This document shows, in pieces, positions 1-12,545 of a stretch of 64,000 bases of DNA; position 1 is the stretch's first letter; each line of letters opens with the position of its first letter. Location of the stretch: NCBI GenBank assembly GCA_964106915.2, contig OZ066921.1. One strand, 5' to 3'. The stretch comes from Podarcis gaigeae. Lineage: Eukaryota. The notes beneath the pieces are model-generated. The model made no database searches. It saw nothing but the letters and a program-made list of their open reading frames with translations, and was not told the DNA's origin. Position numbers and translations under genes: made by a program.

Positions 1-1297
1 CCCACCCCAGTAAAAGGTAGAAGTACTAGTTTAACAAAATTTTATATACCGCTTACTGAAACAAAAAACCTGGAAGTGGTTTACAAAAGGCAATCTAAAA
101 TATTCATTGCAGAATACCAATAAAAGCAAACAAGTCACAAAAGCATTTTAAACCATTAAATGAAACCAGTAAAACAAATTTACCTACCAAAAACACATGC
201 AAAAATTGTATGGGGAAATAACTATTTATTTAAATTTATTTAATTTGTTCGTTTTTGAGAAGGAAAGGGAAGTGTCTTTTCTGAGGTGGCACCCCAATTC
301 TTGATCCCTTTTCCTAGATGGGTTCACCTGGTGCCATATTTGTGATCTTTTAGGCAGCAGCTGACATCCCGGTTCCGTTCTCTCATATGGACTTCATGGT
401 ATTTGAGATCCTTTTAATGGTTTTTAGCTGCTGCTGCCTCTGTTGGTTTTATTTTGTAGTTTTACTGCTGTTTAATATTTGTTTTTAAAAATTAATTTCA
501 TTATTCTACGATAGATGAAAACTGCCTCAAAGCTGCTTGCAGCAAAAGGTGGGATGCAAATTCTATAAATAAATCGAATGTGGCTCATGCATTTACAATT
601 TGGCACTGGTGACCTGTTTTATAATGCCAAATGATGTCAGCAGAGGGGTGGATATCAGAGAATCTCCCACTGAACTGAGTGTATTCTCAAGTGTCTTTTA
701 AGCCATTCAGCTAGGCTAATATAGTTACCTCAGACTAACCAACAAGATGCTCTGCTTTATGCATTCTGAGTCTGCCTCAAGATAATGGCTGCATTTGGTT
801 TCCTATGGTTTATCATTGCATGAACAAGCCCTAGGCTTACCACTTCCTCCCTCTTTTCTGCTTCTTTGGTTTGGCCATTAGCATATTAGAAGATTTCACT
901 CCATTTTTTAACTAACCACTGTTGGCATTCTGTCTGGGTGTGAGAATTCATAAACCACTGCGTGGTTTATAAAGTTGGCTTGTTTCAGTCAACCACAGTT
1001 AAGATAAATCACCTTTTCAGGTTCAGATGTAACCCTAAACTGCCAAAGCTTCTAATCTTTTTACAGCTGTGCTGGAGAAGGAGAGAGAGGAAAAAATGTT
1101 CCCGAGGCTCATTCATGTAATGATAAACAAGGAGCACCCTGGGCTCCTTGAAGAGGAAGGGAAGGTATGAATTCAATTAATAATAATGATTTACCATCAA
1201 CGTGATACAAACACATAATATTGCTTGAATCTTTCTTCGCTAAAATGCCTGCCACAGACCTGAGCCCTTGAAATAGGGTGGGTAGTAAATTTGCAGT

Positions 1298-1445
1298 ATA
1301 ATAGCTCAGTCAGTAGAGCATGTGACTTAATCTCAGGGTCGTGGGTTCAAGTCCCATGTTGGGCAAAAGATTCCTGCATTGCAAGGAGTTGGACTAATGA
1401 CCCTCATGGTCTCTTTCAGCTCTGCAGTTATATGATTCTATGATT
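1298..1445 (+). mobile_element. tRNA-Lys-derived SINE with CR1-type 3' tail
   Basis: Head tagctcagtcagtagagcat...ggttcaagtcccatgttgggc resembles tRNA-Lys(CTT) with a damaged anticodon arm; tail ends in CR1-type tatgattctatgatt. Confidence 0.8.
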
Positions 1446-1540
1446 TCCAGACGTTCTTGTTCAAAATGCCCTGCAATATAAAGCAGGTGTGGGGAATCTG
1501 TGAGGCCCCAGATGTTATTGGATTCCAACTAACATGCCCA

Positions 1541-2163
1541 ATAGAAGGGGAAGAAATGGAGGCAGTGAGAGGTTTTACTTTCTTGGGCTCTATGATCACT
1601 GCAGATGCTGACAGCAGCCACGAAATTAAAAGACGCTTGCTCCTCGGGAGAAAAGCAATGACAAACCTAGACAGCATCTTAAAAAGTAGAGACGTTACCT
1701 TGCCAACAAAGGTCCGTATAGTTAAAGCTATGATTTTCCCAGAAGTGATGTATGGAAGTGAGAGCTGGACCATCAAGAAGGCTGATCGCTGAAGAATTGA
1801 TGCTTTTGAATTATGGTGCTGGAGGAGACTCTTGAGAGTCCCATGGACTGCAAGAAGATCAAATGTATCCATTCTTAAGGAAATCAGCCCTGAGTGCTCC
1901 CTGGAAGGACAGATTGTGAAGCTGAGGCTCCAATACTTTGGCCACCTCATGAGACGAGAAGACTCCCTGGAAAAGACCCTGATGTTGGGAAAGATGGAGA
2001 GCACAAGGAGACAGAGGACGAGATGGTTGGATTGTGTTCTTGAAGCTACCAGCATGAGTTTGACTAAACTGCGGGAGGCAGTGGAAGACAGAAGTGCCTG
2101 GCGTGCTCTGGTCCATGGGGTCACAAAGAGTCGGACACGACTAAACGACTAAACAACAACAAC
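1541..2163 (+). mobile_element. 5'-truncated BovB (RTE-clade LINE), inserted into a hairpin MITE (1483-2234)
   Basis: Remnant RT C-terminus EIKRRLLLGRKAMTNLDSILKSRDVTLPTKVRIVKAMIFP and LRLQYFGHLMRREDSLEKTLMLGK with an in-frame stop; tail gagtcggacacgactaaacgactaaac(aac)n; TSD aacatgcccaatag at 1531-1544 and 2161-2174. Confidence 0.93.
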
Positions 2164-2483
2164 ATGCCCAATAGTCAGGGATAAAGGGAACTATGGTCTA
2201 GAAACCTCCAGAAGGTTACAGGTCCCCCATGCCCGAACTAAACATTTTTGCCCAAGCAAGACAATGATAGCATCACTCGCTGAAAGATAAGTTCATCAAA
2301 TGTACCATTCACCTATATGGCATTAGAAGAATGAGGAGGCGAGGCTAGGGCAAACCATGAGACATCACAGTTTATTGCTTTGATGTGCATCCTGCTGGTA
2401 TTTATTGGAATGGTCAAAGCTAAAAAGGGAGGTGGTGATCCAGCAGCCGTAGGTTCTATTAATGGCTTTGTCACATACTTCCT

Positions 2484-2600
2484 CTGTGACTGCAGGCAAG
2501 TCGTCTGACCGCTCTGTGCCTCATTTTCCCTCTGTGTACAATGCAGTTAATAACACTTAACACCTCCTTCACATTGGGTGTAGTGAGATTTAATGAGGGC
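2484..2600 (+). mobile_element. MIR/CORE-SINE remnant (also ~13100-13170 and ~15900-16050 minus)
   Basis: tgtgac...ggcaagtc...ctctgtgcctcattttccctctgtgtacaatg CORE motif. Confidence 0.65.
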
Positions 2601-2883
2601 TTAAAACACACTTTAAAATTCAAAGATGAAAGGAGCTGGAGCTGGGCAGGTTGTCATTACAGAAGGAGAGGCAAGTGATGCAGGACTGTGTGAACAAACA
2701 GCTGATGCCTCTGTGTGAGCTGTTTAGGAATCAACACAACCCCACGGGCAAGGATGACGGTAGTGACATCTGCTGGAAATCCGGACTGTCAATGTGCCTC
2801 CACCCTAGAACAAATCCAATGAAGAATACAAAATTTCAGGGCTTCTGTGTGTACATATGTGTATGCAGTCTTGCTTCCTTGTA

Positions 2884-3143
2884 CAGTCATACCTCGGGTT
2901 GGATGTGCTTTGGGATGAGCGTGTTCAAGTTGCGCTCTGTGGCAACCCAGAAGTAACAGAGCGCGTTACTTCTGGGTTTCGCCGCTTGCGCATGCGCAGA
3001 TGCTCAAAATGATGTCACGCGCATGCGCAGAAGCGGTGAAAAGTGATGTGCGCGTGCGCAGACGTGCCATCACTGGTTACATTTGCTTCTAGATGCGAAC
3101 AGGGCTCTGGAACGGCTCCTGTTCGCATCTAGAGGTACCAATG
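2884..3143. mobile_element. Tc1/mariner-superfamily (Tigger/pogo-like) MITE
   Basis: TA flanks; imperfect TIRs cagtcatacctc / gaggtaccaatg. Confidence 0.8.
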
Positions 3144-3335
3144 TACTGCATATCACAACACTCAGTCTGGATTGCTTGGGGTCGACACATTTTTGGAAAT
3201 GATAAGAAAGCAATGTTTCTAGCCCTCACCGAGGCAAGGAGGAAAATGTGGGGAATATGCAGTCAGTTTCCGCTAAAGGCTCAAAATGTGTAAGACAGCA
3301 TGTGGTGACTTATTCCCAAAGCCCCAGTTCTTTTC

Positions 3336-3336
<1 letters not shown>

Positions 3337-3394
<58 letters not shown>
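3337..3394. repeat. (ATT)n microsatellite
   Basis: Direct observation. Confidence 0.98.
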
Positions 3395-3395
<1 letters not shown>

Positions 3396-6300
3396 GAGAA
3401 AAGAGGAGGTATCAGGCCTCCAAGGTGAAAACTATTATGTAATCTCAGATGTGTAGGTGCTGGTTGTGATTACACAGAAATGAGGCAAACACATGCTTCA
3501 GCAGCACTGTAGTGGTAAATTTAGAAGTTCAGGACCTTATTATGACAGCCTCCATAGCCACACCTCCAAGGATAATTCAAAAATGCAGGCAGCTATGTTG
3601 CCATGATAGGCAAATAGCTATATACAAAGATACATATCCACAAACAGCAGCAATATATACCATAATACCCAGCTTATTAGGAACAGCTAATAGTAATAGA
3701 AAAGTGAGCTGGCTGAATGTGGTGTGACAATCAGTGTGTTGGAATTTGGCTGGACATACCTGGGTTCACATCCCTGACCAACCATATGGCATGACTGTAG
3801 TCCTAAGTATTCAAGTAAGTGCCATTGAACTGAATGGTGTTTCTTTTCTAACTGCAGTGGTTCAACGTGTAAAACTCATTGAGGTGTTTTTCTTCTTCTT
3901 ATAACAACAACAACAACAGATCTTCATCCAGCTGCAATGCAACTTTTAGCATTTAATTAGAAATGTAAACAACTTAAACAGGAAGTGTTGCCATTTAAAC
4001 CGGAAGCATGAAGTAGGGATCCCATAAACGAAAAAAGAAAGAAGTACCTAGTCTCTGCTTGATTTTTTTCCTTGTTCTGTGACACTCCCCCCCCCCCACT
4101 ATGCTAATATGTCACAAATAGACGTGAAAGGCCCATTATTACTCCATTCTCTTGTCAGAGCAAGGGGAATCTCTCTGTTGCCCTGACTCCTCCTCCCTGT
4201 GTCCCTTGTTGAGAATACAGCACACTTTCAACCCTGCTCTCTTGAGTAAGTGCTAAGTGATAAAAGGCTTAACCCACCTTTCACTTCCTGGAACATGACC
4301 AATGCAAGGTGGGATGAAGCCTCTGTCTCTCCCCCACAAGCCTGCATTGGATTCCTTGTCCCCTATGGCTACTTGGCTCGTGCTTAAATTAATGGCCGCA
4401 TCTAATGCAGCCTAGCAAAGCAACCTTAAGAAAATGATAGCAAGCTGCTGAGCAAGCAGATTCCTGAAGGATAATTAAACTAATCGATCCGTTCCATTCC
4501 ATGGTGTTATTATTAGATGGCCAAGCGTTTCAAAGGCTGCGAAATGGAGGAATGCCCCCACCCCACCCCACCCCGAAAATGATCAGCCATTTGCTTCACG
4601 TTACCTTTGTCTGTGGCAGCCACATCATGGTTGCCAAATCACACAGTGTGTATTGCTTCTGCTTAGACGTATAGTGGCAGAGATAGAAATCTCTTCAGAT
4701 CCAGCCGCCTAGAGATGAGGAGGCAGATAGTGTCGCCCCAACCCCTGGGTGTGTCTGAACAACCGGGAAGGGGGTGGCTTAGCCACTCATGTTTTCTGTG
4801 CCTTCCCTGAGGGGAAGAGATAAGTATATGGTTGCGTGTGGCTCTCTGGATGGGGGAGGAACCCCCCTAGAAGCAAGGCCTCGTGGTTGCAACTTGTGCT
4901 GACAGAGTGGGTGTTGAGATTTATGTCTTCACATGTTGTGTTTTTGGAGCATTAAGCACATGTGCTGAGCTCATCAAGCCAATATGGTGGGGTCTTGGGC
5001 CTCAGCGTCTGGGAAAAGTGCTCAGCAGCACCACAGAGCTCACTGTTTGAGGAGCACAGCTTAGAAGAGGTGCTGGGTGCCTGTTTGAGAAGGCAAACCC
5101 AACAAGAGGAGATGCACCCGGAGTTAACCAGTGTGCTTGGCTAGCTCATTTGATCCTGCCTTTCAAATATAGAGGCACATGTTGTAACTGAGTCTAAATT
5201 AAACATCAGGTCAAATATTGACCCATATTTTCCAGGCACTCCTTGGTTTTGTTTGTGTTTTTGTGTGTGTTGTTTCATCCACCAACACATCCAATGTTCA
5301 TTTCAGCCAAAGGTAAACAGACCCACCAGACACTGCTCCATCCATGTCTTCTGGAATTAGCACAGGTGCTTCCTTCAGAATTTGTCTATAATTGCCCTGA
5401 ATGGTGCCAAGGCTAGACCTTCAAGAGGTGCTTCCTGGCATTCAGCAGAGGTAAGAATTTGACAGGTGAGGACGAAGGATGGGTTCCTAGCCTGTTTGCA
5501 GAGGCTTCACATCTGACTTCCTTTCTGATGGACCTCGTGCACTTTCCCCTTCACAACCCAAGATAACTTTTCTGGTCTAGAGAAAAGTCAAGTAAGGCGT
5601 GAGATGCGTGGTGTAGAGAAACGTGGACAGAGAAAGGGTTTTTTCTTCTTCCTCTCTTATAACACTTGAACGAACCTGAATGATGGGAGATTCAAGACAG
5701 AAAAAATGAAGTACTTCTTCACAAATTGGTGAGTTGGCATCTGTCTGTCTCAGGTGACAATGGAAGAATGCACCTGGTCTCACCTGGAAACTTCTCGCTC
5801 AGGGAATGCCAGTGGTTCACTTGCGTAGGCAGAATGAAACCAGAACCTGGGAAATTTCACAGCCCTCTCACTATTGATTCAGTATCCTGGGCAGAAGTGC
5901 AGAGGACCATGGTTTCCTGTGTCCAGAAGCTATAGCCTAGGCATATTGGACCATTGGTTCATGTTCCAATATGAAAGGGATGTTCTGGAGTCAGAAAAAA
6001 GGTCTAATAGATTTCTGTCTAGAGATCAGACAAGGTCATGGACTGCAGAGAGCCCAGAGGACAAGGTTGGAGTAGCTAGTCAGATTTTTTTGATGAGGGT
6101 CTAGAGAATAGGGCAGAATGACTACAACTACACAGCAGTGACACTCACGGTGATATGTGAAATCTGGGGAGCTAATCACACTTTTGGAAGGAGGCACTCA
6201 GCCAATCAAAGTCACTAGCCTTTAGTGGTCCCAGTACACGTCCAGTTACACATTTATGAGTCAATTTGTGTTTGGAAAGTCAATATATAATATCCCAGTG

Positions 6301-8587
6301 ACCCTAGGATTCCAACCCCTTGGACAAATGGGCTCTTGCGCCTACAATTTGTGACTCTGCCTGCTCAGAAGTGGCCTCTGGTGCTCCCCCTATTGCTCTC
6401 ATCCTCAACCTAGATGAGGAAAACAAGATTGTCAGCACCAGGCTGCTTGCTTTCCTGATAACCCAATGCCCGTGGTTGATTAACCTCACTCTTCATCTGA
6501 CTGAAATGGTTAGACTTCTAAGCAAGCTTTGGAATGGGTGTGCACTTGTTTATGGGATGTGGTCCTAATTGATACTGATGGGAGGAGGATCAAGCTTCTT
6601 CCGAGCACTTCCTAGACTCCCAAAAGTTTAAGTATATGATGTTTGCCTCCGGTGAAGCTGGCCTTCTGGTTTTCCCAGTCGTTTCCTGCTGTGCTTGTGT
6701 CTTTTCGAGTTACCTAGTTGTTGTGCAGACCATTTATTTCCTACTTGCTCTTTATGAGTAATTGAGCTTTGCTTGGAGTTCTTTAGGGCTCTCAATGCGA
6801 ACATTGTGGAGTAGGCACCCTTTCACTTGGAATAAACTTCTGTGGAACCAGTCATGAATAATGGAAGCTTTTTTCCTTTTTTTGCGCTTGATGTTTTGAG
6901 CTGTTGGCCTCAGCTGGAGTCTCTTATTCTCAGCTGAAGTGATTGACCAGCAGCCCTTTTGTGTCTGCCCAGACAAATTGATTTATGTGTTTATTACTTA
7001 TTTTATCGATTTAATATGAGTTTCATGCTAGACCAGCCAACAATATACACTAGTGGTATCAAAAGCCTATCCAAAGAGATCATATTCCAAGCGGCCTAAG
7101 AACAATGCAATTACGTTGGCCATGTTTCCTATTTTACAAAGGTCAGTCCTCTACATAGGCGCCTGCTCCTAGGGGCTACGGCAGTTTCAGATCCCCAGTT
7201 TATTTTTTTGAGGGGGCTGGGCTGGACCCATTCCAATTAATGTTAATTAATTTCAGTGGGTCTGCTCTGAGCAGGACTAGCATTGGATACAAACTTATTT
7301 CATCCAGATTTATTTTATTATTTCTTTTAAGAAATGAATATGTTTTATCCTAAATTATATATTTGTGTGTGTGAGAGAGAGAGGGAGATTGCAAAATTTA
7401 GAGAAATGTGGAATCCAAATAATAATTACATTCTGACCTATGCATTCGTATGGGGAGGGGCAAATTTGGTTGGTTCCCTTAAAATATTGTCTGAACAAAA
7501 TTCCCCTCAGTCCATAGTGTCAACCATATTCAGGCATACCATGAAAAGATGGGTGTTAGAAAGAGAAAGAGTTCTTCCTTTTGGGTGGAAATGGAATGTG
7601 TTTGCCTGTAATCTCCAGCCGTTCACAAAAGGCTGTGTTCCCTTTCTGTCCTGCAAAGCTTTTTGGTGGAAAGGACAAAGATGGACAAAGAGCAAGTGTT
7701 GAGCAAGCTTCACCACTCCATTCTGTTCCTAAGGTCGAATAGCTCAGCCAAGAACCTTTCTAAACATGTTGGTCCACCTGACCTCTTGCCTAAATGCCTC
7801 TAATTTTACCAAAGCTTTTGCCAGCTGGGTGGCGGTGGAGCTCTGACTTCCAGTTTTGCCTGGCTTTGCTAAGGATGGATGGGTGTTCCAAAAAAAACAT
7901 GTCCAAGTGCCAGACGCTCATATCTCTTGACCTCATTTCCACTCTCAACCTAAAAAGCCAGTTGTTGGCTATTTTGTTGACAAGCTCATCCTTTGCACTG
8001 GAGGAACGCCAGAACTCACCCATGCTTACAAATAAATAATAGACAGTCATGGAATGGAAGCTGTCTCCGTAGCTAGTTATAACTACCGTTGTCAAAGGAA
8101 GGCTTCACAAGTCCATTTCTTCTGGCAGAGCCTCAAACCTGAAACCCAACCAAGGCAGCCATTGTTGACTGTTTTTTGTCCATCCTGACTCTCTACACTG
8201 GATACTGTCCTGTCTCAATAGTCACTCATTCATGGCTTGCCCACTCAGGAGTCATGACAGAGGCTCTTTTAAAACTGATGTTGAGAAGAGAGCTCCCTCA
8301 GACCAGAATACCCAAAGGAGAGCCTTATCCTTTCTCTCTGTGCGTGTATGTGTGAGTGTCCACTCCTGCTTCAGCCTGGACAGACTTTGGAGTTTTATTC
8401 CAGCTTCCTTTGTTAAGTGTGAGACAATGAGAAGCAGACAGGGCTGGTTCAATAAATTTTGCAGCCTGAGCCAAAGCATGGCTCCCCCTCTCATTCCAAC
8501 TACAGAAACCAACGGGACTGGCAGCTGAACTTTACTCCAGTGCTGGCAATGGGACAACATCTTTCACCGTAACTAATGGCAGGAGGC

Positions 8588-8763
8588 CCTGGAAAAGACC
8601 CTGATGTTGGGAAGGATTAAGGGCACAAGGAGAAGGGGACAACAGAAGACGAGATGGTTGGACAGTGTTCTCAAAGCTACCAGCATGAGTTTGACCAAAC
8701 TGCGGGAGGGAGTGGAAGACAGAAGTGCCTGGCGTGCGGACACGACTAAACGACTAAACAAAC
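8588..8763 (+). mobile_element. Short BovB 3' fragment with an internal 26-nt deletion
   Basis: Aligns to 1966-2156; TSD ggcaggaggc at 8578-8587 and 8764-8773. Confidence 0.9.
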
Positions 8764-9586
8764 GGCAGGAGGCTGGATAAGGGGAGGACAGGGCAGGCGG
8801 CACAGCACACATAATTCTGTCTACTAACACCTTCTTGCTGTTCCCCACCCCAGCTTCTGTTGCCCAAAGCAGCTGCCTTGATCTGCCTCATGGTAGAGCT
8901 GGAACCAAAGAGCCAAGACTTCTCCATTATGCCTCCCTCTCCCACTGAAACATTTTGATGGTTCTTTCAGGACTTTTTTTTTAAAGACTGGCAAATCTTT
9001 CTTTATTTAGAAGTCTAAGCTGCCTTCCAGCATATACTGTTCTTACAGACAAGGCAGCACACAACATACTATAACAAAAACATATTACTATATAAAACCA
9101 TCCAATTAAAGCCTACATGATTAAAGCCGTCCAATAAAAAACAATGATTGTTGTCTTTAGGGTTGCCACTTACACATTGTCAAAACAGAGGAAATGCATC
9201 ACCAAGGCCTCTTCTGCATTATATATTTCAAGCATTATGGCTTCCCCCAAAGAATCCTGGCAGCTGTAGTTTGTTAAAGGAGCCGAGAGTTGTTAGGAGA
9301 CCCCTATTCTTCTCATAGAGCTACAACTCTCAGAGTGGTTTAACAATCAGTCCTGCTTCCCAAGGACTTCTGAGAACTGTATTTCTCTGAGTAGAATCAG
9401 GATCTCCTGACAACCCTCAGCACCCTTAACAAACTAGAGCTCCCAGGATTCTCTGGGGTGAAGCTATGACTATTTAGAGTGGTATGCTGCTGCTTTAGAC
9501 ATATAGTGCAGATGGGGACCAACAAAATAAAATAAAAATTGCCTTAAAACCTTTCGCTCGATACATTCAAAAATGTTTCTAAAATA

Positions 9587-9800
9587 CAGTGGTACCTCGG
9601 TTACAGACGCTTCAGGTTACAGATACCACTAACCCAGAAATAGTTCCTCGAGTCAAGAACTTTGCTTCAGGATGAGAACAGAAATTGTGCAGTGGCAGCG
9701 GGAGGCCCCATTAGCTAAAGTGGTACCTCAGGTTAAAACCGGTTTCAGGTTAAGAACAGACCTCCAGAATGAATTAAGTTCTTAACCCGAGGTACCACTG
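9587..9800. mobile_element. Tigger-like MITE
   Basis: TA TSD; TIR cagtggtacctcgg...ccgaggtaccactg; same family as 10672-10897. Confidence 0.9.
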
Positions 9801-9818
9801 TAGGTATCTAGATACATA

Positions 9819-10186
9819 AAGGTAAAGGTAAAGGTACCCCTGCCCATGCGGGCCAGTCGTGTCCGACTCTAGGGTTGTGCACCCATCTCACTTAAGAGGC
9901 TGGGAGCCAGCGCTGTCCGAAGACACTTCCGGGTCACGTGGCCAGCGTGACGAAGCTGCTCTGGTGAGCCAACACCAGCGCAGCACACGGAAACGCCGTT
10001 TACCTTCCCGCTATAAAGCTGTACCTATTTATCTACTTGCACTTAGGGGTGCTTTCGAACTGCTAGGTGGGCAGGAGCTGGGACCGAATGACGGGAGCTC
10101 ACCCCGCCACGGGGATTCGAACCGCTGACCATACGATCGGCAAGTCCTAGGCACTGAGGTTTTACCCACAGCGCCACCCGCGTCCC
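9819..10186 (-). mobile_element. Full-length Sauria SINE
   Basis: tRNA-like head gggacgcgggtggcgctgtgg, B box ggttcgaatcc, BovB-like tail, (accttt)n end; 13-bp TSD atctagatacata at 9806-9818 and 10187-10199. Confidence 0.93.
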
Positions 10187-10671
10187 ATCTAGATACATAC
10201 TTTGCAACAAAATAAATATCTGAATATTTAAATACAAATTTTATATGGTTGTGGTTTTTTAAAGTGAAAATCACAGATAAATGGGGAAACGGGCAACAGT
10301 AGCATGCCGATCCAGCCCGATCCGGACTGTCTTAGAAAGGTAGTGCAGGCAGTGGCCAAAACTCCACGCTTCAGCTATGCTAATGGCTTGGAAGGCACGC
10401 TTGCACTCGGAGGAGGTGCACAGAAGCAGCTTAGCAGCTTGTCAGCATTCCAGGGGGCATGATCAAGAGCCTCCTTAATCTGCACCAGCTGCCTGGAGCA
10501 GAGGCAATGCTATGGAAGAGGAAGTGACTGACATTAAGAATGAAAATGAGAAAATGGTATGTTGCTCAGTCCTTGGTCGCTTGACAGTGCACTCCTATAC
10601 AGGTCTGCTCTCAGAAGTGAGCCCCATTGAATTAAATGTGACTTACTCCCAGGTAGGGATGGGTATATCTA

Positions 10672-10897
10672 CAGTGGTACCTCAGGTTACATACGCTTCA
10701 GGTTACAGACTCTGCTAACCCAGAAATAGTGCTTCAGATTAAGAACTTTGCTTCAGGATGAGAACAGAAATCGTGCTCCAGTGGCGTGGCAGCAGCAGGA
10801 GGCCCCATTAGCTAAAGTTGTGCTTCAGGTTAAGAACAGTTTCAGGTTAAGAACGGACCTCCGGAACGAATTAAGTACTTAACCCGAGGTACCACTG
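10672..10897. mobile_element. Tigger-like MITE
   Basis: TA TSD; TIR cagtggtacctc...gaggtaccactg. Confidence 0.9.
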
Positions 10898-11060
10898 TAC
10901 CAGTTTCAGTTTCTCTTTTTTCTACTCTTAAATTCGGTTCTTCTCCACATCAGTTGTGATACTTTTTCTTATTTGTAAAGATCTCATGAAAATCCATCGG
11001 CTTTTTAGTGCTAATTTCCGCCAACTATAATGCATTTTGAGGTGCCCTTTTGCACTAATA

Positions 11061-11436
11061 CCGTATTGGCCTGAATATAAGCCTCACTTTCCCCCAAAAT
11101 TCCGACCCTGAAAAGTTAAAGTGCAGCTTATATTCCCAACCTTAATGTATGCAATCAGGAGCGCAGGGCAAACAGCACCAGGAGTGTGGCAAAGCGTCAC
11201 CCGCCCCATGCGTAGTCCCCCATCCTCTCCCCCAAGGCCAGGAATGGAGAGAGCAAGGAAGGGGAAAGGCCACCAGCAACGCAGCGTGGGCTCCCCCCCC
11301 CCCCCCAGAATGCAGCCAGGAGCAGCAAGGAAAGGAGCGGCTTATATTCGGGTATTTTTTCGTTTTTTCTTTTCCCCTCTCCAGTTTTTTAGGTGTGGCT
11401 TATATTCGGGTGTAGCTTATATTTGGGGCAATACGG
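11061..11436. mobile_element. Tc2/Kanga-like non-autonomous DNA transposon
   Basis: TA TSD; TIR ccgtattg...caatacgg with repeated gcttatattcgg subterminal motifs. Confidence 0.85.
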
Positions 11437-11441
11437 TATAA

Positions 11442-11843
11442 TGCTATGAGTTGGGTGGTGGTCGGGTGGTGGTGTTAAACTGTATGCCAGACCCCATTAA
11501 TCCCTGGATCCAGTAAGTGTTGAACTCTAATCAAGCCTTCTAATCCCTGGGTCCAGCAAATGTTAAAAGACAATCAAACCCTCTAATTCCTGGAATAGCC
11601 AAACCAGCTTCCTGATGATGGGGGTTTAAGGGGCTTGGTGTGAGACAGTAAATGGGTGGGCCCCTCCCTTAACAGAAAAAGCCAGAGTTGAGAGCAGAGT
11701 TGTCAGTGATGTGGACCAGAGGAAAAGCACCAAGCAGGGAGAAGACAGAGAGACAGATAAATGACTGATTTCTGTTTGAATGCAAGGCTGCGGCTATAGA
11801 GGAAGCAAGACCCTTTTGGCTCAGGTTGTGTATGTATCTCGCA
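11442..11843 (+). mobile_element. Probable solo LTR
   Basis: TG...CA ends (tgctatgag...tatctcgca); ~43-bp internal triplication (taatccctgg); flanks ataa / atat; interrupts a host element. Confidence 0.45.
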
Positions 11844-12277
11844 ATATGCCTTTCAATACATACTTTACCCTAGTCTATGTATGCTGAAGAACTTTTCTTA
11901 CAGAATTGAAAACTAAGAAGGCGGGCTGTGTTTTGGTTCCTGTATTGTTTGAGAAAGAGCAGATTAGGGGTAGGTTCACCTTGTAGTGCAAAACGAAACC
12001 ATTTTCTCCACCTTCCCTAATCTCAGGTAAATGAATCTAGGATTACCCTCTAAAAGCATTCTTTTTATGCTTCTCAGCATAGAGCAGAAAAAAGAGTGCC
12101 CTGTTCATTAATATGTTTTTATTGGGTTTTATAAACAGGGATCATAGGAATAATGAATGCAGGGGCGTAGTGGGGGGGCTGTGGGGGGGCCGTGACCCCA
12201 GGCACACAATGAACCAGGCACCTCCATGCAGGAATTCCCATCCCACCCTGACTGCCACTGGGGGTCTCTGGGCTCTG

Positions 12278-12545
12278 TCCTTGCTCCTGCCAACCTAGCA
12301 GTTCGAAAGCACGCAAAAAGTGCAAGTAGATAAATAGGTACCGCTCCAGCGGGAAGGTAAATGGCGTTTCCGTGCGCTGGTCTGATTTCGCCAGAAGCGG
12401 TTTAGTCATGCTGGCCACATAACCCAGGAAAACTGTCTGCAGAGAAACACTGGCTCCCTCAGCCTATAAAGCGAGATGAGCGCTGCAACCCCAGAGTCAT
12501 CTGCGACTGGACTTAACTGTAAAGGGTCCTTTACCTTTACCTTTT
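12278..12545 (+). mobile_element. 5'-truncated Sauria SINE (different subfamily)
   Basis: Body cctgccaacctagcagttcgaaagcac...gtagataaataggtacc and (accttt)n tail; no tRNA head. Confidence 0.9.

Larger units (their letters stand above)
10654..12019. mobile_element. Old hAT-like element (TAGGGA termini) hosting three nested insertions; related copies at ~22195-22602 and ~28541
   Basis: Termini tagggatgg...ccttcccta; degenerate 8-bp TSD ctcccagg / atctcagg. Confidence 0.65.

Noticed and set aside
790-1130. Long imperfect inverted repeat as a structured ncRNA
   Set aside because: Similar aaaccatggttt-type fold-backs recur near 47560, 51670 and 52560; best explained as an old MITE family.
1298-1365. 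Possible tRNA-Lys gene (also 49455-49521)
   Set aside because: Acceptor stem and anticodon arm are damaged and the sequence continues directly into a CR1-like tail; it is a SINE head.
1438-2152. 228-aa minus-strand ORF and two plus-strand ORFs
   Set aside because: Antisense shadow and broken RT remnants of a 5'-truncated BovB; no functional gene.
4645-6560. Possible decayed LTRs (~4645-4935 and ~6150-6560 with CCAAT and TATATAA)
   Set aside because: Could not define convincing TG...CA ends with a TSD; left unannotated.
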